This document shows, in pieces, positions 39,224 through 47,047 of a stretch of DNA of 64,000 nucleotides. The stretch is from the NCBI GenBank assembly GCA_965279035.1, contig OZ257142.1, positions 256,001 through 320,000 on the forward strand, written 5' to 3'. The position numbers were made by a program, and so were the translations under genes. The notes under the pieces were generated by a model. That model was given only the letters and a program-made list of their open reading frames with translations, had not been told where the DNA came from and made no database searches. The stretch is from Bacteroidia bacterium (GTDB lineage: Bacteria > Bacteroidota > Bacteroidia > M30B66). Every line of letters starts with the position of its first letter. Within the stretch, counting starts at the first letter, position 1.

Positions 39224-39960
39224 TGTTGCAAAACAGATTTCATTTCGGAGATTTTCTCAGCACTCGCCACTTGAATAGCATATTCATCGATATCGCCTTC
39301 TTTACCCATTAGTATTGCTGGATTACGAAAGTTCATTTTCGAATCTTTAAAAGAAGATGCTGATGCATGAAAGTGACGAATCCCCGCATTCCACAATTCA
39401 GAGATTTGAGATGAATTTACGCCACTTCCAGCCATAATTTGAATACGTCCATCCGCTTGAATCACCAATTTTTTTAAGACCGAAATCCCTTCAATTGCCG
39501 TTTTGGCAGCACCCGAACTTAACACACGAGTCACGCCTAAATCAATCAATTCCTGAAGTGTTTCGAATGGATTATAACTCATATCGATAGCTCGATGCAC
39601 AGAGAATTCCATACTGCCCGCAGCATCTTTCAATTGCTTCATTCGCTCTAAATCGAGTCTACCGTTAGGTAGTAAAATACCTGTTACGACACCAGGAACG
39701 CCTTGCAGTTTCATGCTTTCGAGGTCGATCAGCATTTCTTGAAACTCAGAGTCTGAGTAACAAAAATCACCGCCACGTGGACGAAGAATCGGAAATACTC
39801 GAATGTTCTTGCATTGCAATGCTTGTTGAATTGCACCAAAGGAAGGGGTTGTTCCGCCTTCTAATCTTCCAGCACATAGTTCCACACGATCGGCACCAGC
39901 GGCTTCGGCAAGCAGAACGGTTTCGTGTGAATATGCACAAATTTCAAGTGAATGCCGCAT
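39205..39960 (-). CDS. cutC: CutC-family protein
   Basis: GADRVELC, GGTTPS, RPRGGDF, HRAID and RVLSSG. Confidence 0.92.
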   Translation of the reverse strand: MRHSLEICAYSHETVLLAEAAGADRVELCAGRLEGGTTPSFGAIQQALQCKNIRVFPILRPRGGDFCYSDSEFQEMLIDLESMKLQGVPGVVTGILLPNGRLDLERMKQLKDAAGSMEFSVHRAIDMSYNPFETLQELIDLGVTRVLSSGAAKTAIEGISVLKKLVIQADGRIQIMAGSGVNSSQISELWNAGIRHFHASASSFKDSKMNFRNPAILMGKEGDIDEYAIQVASAEKISEMKSVLQQCANSH

Positions 39961-40014
39961 GTTGAATAATTCTGTAAGCGACGAATGTACTTGGTTTTGG
40001 CTTAAATTCGTAGC

Positions 40015-40317
40015 ATGGAATCAGTCAATAAGCCAAATCTGGATAAACGTATTTTCTGGGACATCCGTTTTGAGGAATTGGACTATGAAAAATACGCCAA
40101 CTTCATTATCGAACGTGTTTTTGAACGTGGCGATGTGGAGGATATTCGTCAGGTTCGTCGGTTTTATGGGGATGATAAAGTGCGGTTTGCGTTGACTAAT
40201 GCTAAATGGTTGTCAGTCATAACACTTTCATTAGCAAAAGCAGTTTTAGGAAATAACAACGAAGATTATAGATGCTACACTATGAAACTGTCGAACCCGA
40301 CACACTTCGATTATTAA
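40015..40317 (+). CDS. DUF6922-like putative antitoxin
   Basis: 'FWD...LD...FIIERVFERG...YG' pattern; lies directly upstream of an AbiEii-like gene. Confidence 0.75.
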   Translation: MESVNKPNLDKRIFWDIRFEELDYEKYANFIIERVFERGDVEDIRQVRRFYGDDKVRFALTNAKWLSVITLSLAKAVLGNNNEDYRCYTMKLSNPTHFDY

Positions 40318-40898
40318 AACTTTTGATGAAGTCTCCTGCTTTGAAAAACTTCTGTTTAGTAGGAGGAACAGGTCTTTCGTTGCGTTATGGCCATCGTAAA
40401 TCTATTGATCTCGATTTATTTTCAACTGTTCCTTATGATAGTTTTGAGCTTTTGGAGGAATTAAGAAATGAAGGCTTCATGTTCAAAGAGACTTTTTCTT
40501 CCAATAAGCTTGGAATTTTTGGCTACATCAAAGGAGTTAAGGTTGATTTAGTAAGACATCATTATAAACCGCTCATAGATGAAATTATAATTGAAGATGG
40601 TATTCGAATATTTGGTGACAAGGATATTATTGCGATGAAAATTTCTGCTATTTTAAGAAGAGCTGTAAAAAAAGATTTTTGGGATATTGCCGAATTGCTT
40701 AATCATTACACCGTAGCTAATTTCATTACATTTTATGAATCAAAATATCCTGATGAACATTTAATAATTTCTATTCCTAAAGCTATAACCTATTTTGATG
40801 AAGCAGATGATTCTCCTAATCCAGATTGCCTTCTAGGATTAAGCTGGGAAGAAGTTAAGAACAAAATTCGCCAAGGGGTGAATGAGTATTTGAAATAA
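40272..40898 (+). CDS. AbiEii/AbiGii-family nucleotidyltransferase (putative toxin)
   Basis: LVGGTGLSLRYGHRKSIDLDLF, AMKISAI..R..KKDFWD. Confidence 0.88.
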   Translation: MLHYETVEPDTLRLLKLLMKSPALKNFCLVGGTGLSLRYGHRKSIDLDLFSTVPYDSFELLEELRNEGFMFKETFSSNKLGIFGYIKGVKVDLVRHHYKPLIDEIIIEDGIRIFGDKDIIAMKISAILRRAVKKDFWDIAELLNHYTVANFITFYESKYPDEHLIISIPKAITYFDEADDSPNPDCLLGLSWEEVKNKIRQGVNEYLK

Positions 40899-40904
40899 TC
40901 CGAT

Positions 40905-41093
40905 TTACATCTTCAAGAATTCAAAGGCCTTGTACACCAGCAAAGCAGGCCAAACCAGGGCTTTGAGCACACCAATTATTCCCATCCAAAAACTGGTAGC
41001 ATGCAGTATATAATAGACAAGCGCTCCGAGAAAACCCAAACCATAAACAGCTTGTGATTGAAGCACTACTTTGTTCTTCTTTTGATTTTCCAT
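40905..41093 (-). CDS. Small membrane protein (62 aa)
   Basis: Two hydrophobic segments; 'YGLGFLGALVYY...FW.G..G.LKA.VWPA' pattern. Confidence 0.65.
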   Translation of the reverse strand: MENQKKNKVVLQSQAVYGLGFLGALVYYILHATSFWMGIIGVLKALVWPALLVYKAFEFLKM

Positions 41094-41114
41094 TTTAGAA
41101 TTTTTAAATGCGTT

Positions 41115-42605
41115 TTATTTCACTGTAAATGCAATTTTATTCTCCTTGCAAATCGTTTGGATTATCCATTTGCCCGATTGAGCCGCAGGAGGAAGTCCGC
41201 CACCCGGAAACACCCATTGGCCAACCATATAAAAGTTTTCAAGTCCTTTAAGTCTATCGGGAAGTGATTGTGTCATTACATTTCCTTCAGGTAAAAAGCC
41301 TTCAAAAGAACCTTTCCAAACGCCTGTCATTTTATTTCCTGTGATAGGTGTATTTACGTCTGTGATTTCGATTTTAGAAGTTATTCCAGGATAGTGCTTT
41401 TCTAAGAGTGCGATTGCATTTTTCAAAATCAGTTCTTTTTCTTGATGATACGCTGTTTCAGAAACAGTTGACCAATCTTCCCAAGGACTCGTAAATCGTA
41501 AAATAATGCTGCTTTTTCCTTTAGGAGCCAGAGTTGAATCGTGCTTACTTTGATTCATTATGGAATATCCTTCTTTAACCCAAAAATTGCCCATTTTAAA
41601 AGGCTTTTGCCAATAAGAAATTACAACATCATCCGACTTCACTTCCTCGTTTATCCCAAAAGAGATTTGTACAAAAGGCTTAAAAAGCTTCCAGTTTTTA
41701 TACGCTTTTTCAAATTCAGGACTCAGGTATTTTCCCGACAACATTTCATATAAAGTTGAATGTCCATCGGCAGCGCCAATAATAATATCTGCTCTTATTT
41801 CTTTCCCGTCAACTAGTTTAACTCCAACTGCTTTGTCGTTTTCTACAAGTATTTTATCCACTTTAGAATTAAGCAATAATTTACCTCCTAATTCATGGTA
41901 ACGTTTATACATTCTACCTGCAATGGGTAAAGAACCGCCAATTAAATAACCTGCATTTTTATCGTGATACCAGCCTAACATGAGAATAAATACAAGGGCT
42001 GAAATATTTTGATTTTCAAACATTTTCAACAGAAAAAACTGCAGCTTTTCATTTTTCAGATTAAGTGATTTTAGATATTTATCAATAGGCATATTTCCAT
42101 AGCGTATCATCATGAAAATAATTCCAGGCATTTTAATTAATGAGGAAACATAATCAAACCAAGATCTGCACGAAGGGGCATCTTGAAATGGTTCAAGCTT
42201 TACTCCTTTTTTCATCTTTTTGCACATGCTTTTTATGCTCGATGCGTCTTCTGGTGCAATATTCAGAAGGTATTCCTGCCATTTATCGATATCAGAATAG
42301 ATGTAAAATTTCCCGTAATTTTCGTCTTCGATAACCGAAAAAACTTCGCTGTTTATTACCTCAACTTTATCTGTAATTACATGCGTTTCTTTCCAAATAT
42401 CATTGAATACATTTTTTCGAGTTCCGACCAACCAATGCAAGCAATAATCAAAGTGATAATCACCTCGCTTCCAAGCTGTACATTGTCCGCCAGGAATAGA
42501 ATGCATTTCGATAATTTGTGTATCAAACCCATTCATCTGCCCATAAATACCCGTTGAAAGTCCCGATACACCTCCTCCAATGATTACGATTTGTTTCTTA
42601 GACAT
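41115..42605 (-). CDS. Phytoene dehydrogenase-like FAD oxidoreductase (AT-rich)
   Basis: GGGVSGL, PGGQCTAWKR...FDYCLHW and GQWVFPGGGLP. Confidence 0.85.
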   Translation of the reverse strand: MSKKQIVIIGGGVSGLSTGIYGQMNGFDTQIIEMHSIPGGQCTAWKRGDYHFDYCLHWLVGTRKNVFNDIWKETHVITDKVEVINSEVFSVIEDENYGKFYIYSDIDKWQEYLLNIAPEDASSIKSMCKKMKKGVKLEPFQDAPSCRSWFDYVSSLIKMPGIIFMMIRYGNMPIDKYLKSLNLKNEKLQFFLLKMFENQNISALVFILMLGWYHDKNAGYLIGGSLPIAGRMYKRYHELGGKLLLNSKVDKILVENDKAVGVKLVDGKEIRADIIIGAADGHSTLYEMLSGKYLSPEFEKAYKNWKLFKPFVQISFGINEEVKSDDVVISYWQKPFKMGNFWVKEGYSIMNQSKHDSTLAPKGKSSIILRFTSPWEDWSTVSETAYHQEKELILKNAIALLEKHYPGITSKIEITDVNTPITGNKMTGVWKGSFEGFLPEGNVMTQSLPDRLKGLENFYMVGQWVFPGGGLPPAAQSGKWIIQTICKENKIAFTVK

Positions 42606-42816
42606 GACTTTAATTTTAGATAAAGGTCAAAACGAATAAGAACGACTCCTATGATAAGTGTCATGAAATCAATAATTAACATCGTACTTTCTTTGGTTTG
42701 TTACAAAAATAAATTTCGATTTAATTAATCTTAGTTAGTCGATAATAGCATGTTGAAATTATACTTTCAAAAGCAACTGTTTCATTTGAATTTCTTTTAT
42801 TTATTGAGACGAATTT

Positions 42817-43554
42817 ATGAAAGCACAAAAAATACTGAGTTCAGTTTTGGTTTGCTTAGGCTTAACGCTGTTGAGCTCTTGTGCTGTTAGCTATATCGCT
42901 GATTTCAACAGCAATCAACCCGAATTATTCGAAAAAAAGAATGATGTTCGAATTACAGGGAATGTGAATGCGACCATGACTGAGAGGTTCATGGGAGGAG
43001 ATTTGCCTTTTGGAGGAGAACTTCATGCGAGTTATGCCATTTCACATCGCTATTATGTCGAAACTGGATATAGATCGGGAGGATGGTACAATCCATTTGG
43101 GCTTGATTTCTTTTCGCGTTTTAGAAGCTTTACACTGGGTGGAGGGTATTACCATATGACAGAAAAGCGCCACTATTTTCAAGCAGGTTTACGCTATGTT
43201 CAAGGTGATGAAGCACAATATGAAAACGATGCAGAAGATCGGTATTGGGAACATTGGCGTTCGGCTATTTTTTACCGAGGAGGCGATATGAATGCTTCTG
43301 CTTCAATTTATACTAAAGTTGGCCGATTGGGATTAACTACTCGCTTCTCTGTGTTAAGTAGTGTTCAAGATGCGCGATTTTCTAGATTTGGTGTATACTT
43401 CAATTATTCAACATCCGAAAAACGTCACTTCGTACTTTCGTTGACAACAGGTTTTGGAACGGCGCTTAGTCATGAACATCTTTATTTAAACAATTGCACA
43501 CTTATTTTGCGCCCAACACTAATTTACTGTTTCAATACAAGTAGAAAAAAATAG
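42817..43554 (+). CDS. Hypothetical lipoprotein with beta-strand-rich body
   Basis: Lipobox LSSC; aromatic-rich amphipathic strands. Confidence 0.55.
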   Translation: MKAQKILSSVLVCLGLTLLSSCAVSYIADFNSNQPELFEKKNDVRITGNVNATMTERFMGGDLPFGGELHASYAISHRYYVETGYRSGGWYNPFGLDFFSRFRSFTLGGGYYHMTEKRHYFQAGLRYVQGDEAQYENDAEDRYWEHWRSAIFYRGGDMNASASIYTKVGRLGLTTRFSVLSSVQDARFSRFGVYFNYSTSEKRHFVLSLTTGFGTALSHEHLYLNNCTLILRPTLIYCFNTSRKK

Positions 43555-43605
43555 AACCCTGATAACGGTTCAAAATAACCCAAATTCGAAATCCCCATTC
43601 TTTTC

Positions 43606-43613
43606 TATTTTTG
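43606..43613 (+). promoter_or_regulatory. Bacteroidota -7 promoter element TAnnTTTG
   Basis: TATTTTTG, 4 nt before ATG 43618. Confidence 0.55.
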
Positions 43614-43617
43614 CAAA

Positions 43618-44310
43618 ATGAAACCTACCTACTTCTATTTCATTCTTTTACTTGCCATTGCCACAATCTCATCCTGCAAAAAAGACGAAGAACCAGCACC
43701 TCAACCCACCGAATTCACCTATACAGCCAACGATTCTATTGTATTCGAGCACAGTGGTACAATGCCGTATTCTGTTGCTGTTCAATGTAGCTTGGGAAAA
43801 GAATTTATTTCAAGTTTCTCCGGCTTATTCGATTCGTTTTCGAGTGGAGGAACCACATTAAGCATTCCTTCGAACGAGAGCCGGTCGTTCAATATATCTT
43901 TTAATCAGTTCGGTGTTACTCCAGGTGCTTATCCATGCACTCTTTCTGTTGCGGTTCCTAATGAGAACAATGCATTAAAAACAAAAGTTGTTCAGATGGT
44001 TTATCGCCCAAATTGTGGATATGCATTCAGAAATTACACCATCGGACAAATCACTTTTGTGAGCAATGGGATTTTACTCAATAAAACCATTAGCTGTAGC
44101 TATAACACTTCTGGACAATTGGTTGTATCGGGCTTAACAACCTTTGATGTTACACTCAATTTCGATTGTACAAATAACACGGTAACGATGGATCCTGTCG
44201 TAAATAATGGATTTTTAAATACTGGCAGTGGACAAATTGAAGGAACCGAGATAGCCCTTCAAATGTATAGTGATGGCGTTTTGCATTCCAATTCTCGTAT
44301 TAAGTTTTGA
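43618..44310 (+). CDS. Hypothetical lipoprotein
   Basis: Lipobox ISSC followed by KKDEEP; beta-rich and contains several Cys. Confidence 0.7.
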   Translation: MKPTYFYFILLLAIATISSCKKDEEPAPQPTEFTYTANDSIVFEHSGTMPYSVAVQCSLGKEFISSFSGLFDSFSSGGTTLSIPSNESRSFNISFNQFGVTPGAYPCTLSVAVPNENNALKTKVVQMVYRPNCGYAFRNYTIGQITFVSNGILLNKTISCSYNTSGQLVVSGLTTFDVTLNFDCTNNTVTMDPVVNNGFLNTGSGQIEGTEIALQMYSDGVLHSNSRIKF

Positions 44311-44363
44311 GTGTGCAATAAATGCTCAAACTCATAGAGAAATTTTGATTGAACGAGAATGCC

Positions 44364-44474
44364 GCGGCAGGGAATGAAGCGAATACCCAGCAGTATCTGC
44401 CAAAACAAAGTGAGGGCAAATATGAGGTTCCGATAGCTATCGGAAAGCAGCGAAATACCCGGTTCAGCCGCCCT
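44364..44474 (-). ncRNA. Structured intergenic element, Flavo-1-like, containing an 18-bp palindrome
   Basis: Closing stem GCGGC/GCCGC; on the minus strand 'ccgggtatttcgctgc...gggtattcgcttcattccc'; TTCCGATAGCTATCGGAA at 44428-44445. Confidence 0.45.
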
Positions 44475-44497
44475 CAAAATGAAGAAACACGTATGAA

Positions 44498-45490
44498 CTA
44501 AATGAATTCGTTCGTGCTTTTGGGAGCATGTTGGTTAGAAAAATACCAATCGAACGTACGTTTAACGCCTTCTTGAAGATTTACTTTGGGTTGATAACCT
44601 AAAGCTGCAACCTTAGAAATATCTGGACAACGACGCGAAACAGAACCCGATGTGATTGGCAAATGGTTTAAGGTATAACGTGTTTGAACGTTCGAGAAAA
44701 CCGAATCAACAACCTGCTTGATCGAAACTTCCTCTGGATTTCCAAGATGGTAAATGTTGCGGTGAGCGCCATGATGATACATCACCCAAAAAGCTTCTAT
44801 TAAATCGTCGATATAGCAAAACGCCCTGGTTTCGCTGCCATCACCTTGAATATCGAATTGAATTTGATCGCCTTTTTGATTTTCAATTTCCTCCAAAGCA
44901 CGAATGATAAATTGAGGAATAACGTGCTTGGTTCCCATATCGGGACCGTAAATATTGTGCGGACGAAATACCTGAAGCTTTTCGAAATGCTCCCGGTAAA
45001 AATTCATAGCGAGCACTTCCGAAATCAATTTACTTGCACCATAGGAATAGCGCGGATTGAGAGGATCTGGAACCTTTAAAATAACCGATTCTGGAGTTGG
45101 GATTTGTTCTGGATCTTGATAGGCTTCGGCACTGGATGCTACAACCAATTCCTTGATGTTATTGGCTTTGCATGCGTCCAAAACATTGAACATGCCTTTA
45201 ATTCCTACTTCCAAAATCACATCAGGTATTTTGTAGAAATTTTCGGTTCCGTTAATCGCTGCTAAATGGAAAATAGCTTGACAACCTTTCGTCGCCTCTG
45301 TGAGCGCATTTAAATCGAGTATGTCTACTTGAGCAAGCGTGATATTTTCAACTCCGTCCAAACGTGCCGGCGTTCCACGCATGAAATTGTCGATAACAAC
45401 CACATGATAACCAGCACTAGCAAATCGCCGAACCAAATATGCTCCAATAAATCCTGCGCCGCCGGTAATGGCTACTGTCTTTGTATTCAT
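44498..45490 (-). CDS. NAD-dependent nucleotide-sugar epimerase/dehydratase
   Basis: TGGAGFIG, YGASK, RPHNIYGP and RAFCYIDD. Confidence 0.92.
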   Translation of the reverse strand: MNTKTVAITGGAGFIGAYLVRRFASAGYHVVVIDNFMRGTPARLDGVENITLAQVDILDLNALTEATKGCQAIFHLAAINGTENFYKIPDVILEVGIKGMFNVLDACKANNIKELVVASSAEAYQDPEQIPTPESVILKVPDPLNPRYSYGASKLISEVLAMNFYREHFEKLQVFRPHNIYGPDMGTKHVIPQFIIRALEEIENQKGDQIQFDIQGDGSETRAFCYIDDLIEAFWVMYHHGAHRNIYHLGNPEEVSIKQVVDSVFSNVQTRYTLNHLPITSGSVSRRCPDISKVAALGYQPKVNLQEGVKRTFDWYFSNQHAPKSTNEFI

Positions 45491-45500
45491 GGTGTTGTGT

Positions 45501-46835
45501 TTAAATCTGACGTAAAAATGCCGTGTGGTTTCCTAATACAATGTAACGATCCTTGTATGCTTCGCGATCGAATGCATTGAAGCTATTCCAATAATCGTAA
45601 ACGAGAAGTGAAGTAGGATTTTGATCGAAGATTTGAGGCCAAGGTGCTTTTTTAAACACGGGATGATTGTTTGTAATCACAATCAAGGTATTGCGAGAAG
45701 CCGCTTCACTTAATGATGATTCATAGTGAAGTCCGAGCCCTTCGATTGTTTTCTGATTTAACTGTGGATCAAAGCCCGAAAAGCTAGCTTGAGGATAGCG
45801 TTGTTTTAATTCCGCAATTATGTCGAGCGCCATGGAACCGCGCAAATCGTCCGTTTCGGGAAAGCCTTTAAAAGTGAGGCCTGCAATGAGAATATTTTGG
45901 GGAGAGCTGTTGTTTTTCTTCTGGTAAGCGTCAACAATAAAATCAACCGTTTCGACTGGCTGACGTTCATTTACCAAGCGTGCTGATTTTGTTACTTCAA
46001 GCTCATTCAACCCATAAAGCTTTGCACTTTGATTGAGAATGTGTGGATCTTTTTCCAAACAAGGACCGCCAACCAATCCCGGCAAAGCCACGTTGGTTCT
46101 TGGATAGCCCAATTTTCCACCATTGATTACTTCATAGGCATTGATGCCGGCTGCATCGCAAATACGAGCGACTTCGTTCCCGAAAGAAAAAATCACATCG
46201 CGGTAAGTATTATCAACCAACTTGATTAATTCAGCCGTTTCAAGCGTAGAAACTTTGATGGTGGTCGGTGTTAGTCGACCGAAGAGCACAGCACAACGTT
46301 CGCGTGTTTCGAGGTCGTCGGAGCCAATAATTTGTGGGAGATAGTGTAGTTCTTTGAGAGCAGATCCTTCTAAGGTGCGTTCTGGACAAACAGCTATTTG
46401 ATAATTAAAACCCGTTTGATCGAGGATAGGTGAAATGATTTTCCGTGCAGTACCCAAACGAACCGTTGAACGAAGAATAACCAAGTCGCCATCTGCCATC
46501 GTAGCGGCTATTTCGCGTGTGGCATTTTCGATCATGTCGAGACGGATTTTATCATCTGCCCCAAGCGGAGTTCCAACGGTAATAATGTAAACGCTCGGTT
46601 TGAAAGGAAGATCTTGAAGCGTTTGTGAAAATGTAAAGCGTTGTTTTTTTAGAGCTGATTTTATTTCTGACTCTAGGCCTTCTTCAAAAAATGTCGGATT
46701 TCCGAGAGCTAATTGATCGAGAACCTCTTTTCGAACTTCTAAACCATGTACTTGATAGTCGGCATTGGCAAGACTAACGGCTAGCGTCAATCCAACATAC
46801 CCCAATCCCAATACACAAATGTTTTCCTGATTCAA
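45501..46835 (-). CDS. Nucleotide-sugar dehydrogenase (UDP-glucose/UDP-ManNAc family)
   Basis: GLGYVG, RSTV, CPER, KLVDNTYRD, GGPCLEKD and D.RGS; TTG start. Confidence 0.92.
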   Translation of the reverse strand: MNQENICVLGLGYVGLTLAVSLANADYQVHGLEVRKEVLDQLALGNPTFFEEGLESEIKSALKKQRFTFSQTLQDLPFKPSVYIITVGTPLGADDKIRLDMIENATREIAATMADGDLVILRSTVRLGTARKIISPILDQTGFNYQIAVCPERTLEGSALKELHYLPQIIGSDDLETRERCAVLFGRLTPTTIKVSTLETAELIKLVDNTYRDVIFSFGNEVARICDAAGINAYEVINGGKLGYPRTNVALPGLVGGPCLEKDPHILNQSAKLYGLNELEVTKSARLVNERQPVETVDFIVDAYQKKNNSSPQNILIAGLTFKGFPETDDLRGSMALDIIAELKQRYPQASFSGFDPQLNQKTIEGLGLHYESSLSEAASRNTLIVITNNHPVFKKAPWPQIFDQNPTSLLVYDYWNSFNAFDREAYKDRYIVLGNHTAFLRQI

Positions 46836-47047
46836 TTTTCTTGATTTTCATGCAAAGAAACAATACAATTTCAATTTGTAAAGAATTCATGATTTGAATA
46901 ATAATTCCCAGCAATGAATTGGAAACGAAATTCCATAAAACTGCTTTTGTATTTGTTTTTCCAATTCCCGATTGAATCTCAGGCAAATTATTTTTTCCAC
47001 TCTCCGCATAATAGGAAACACGTAAATTTCGCGTCTTTTCTATTCCA

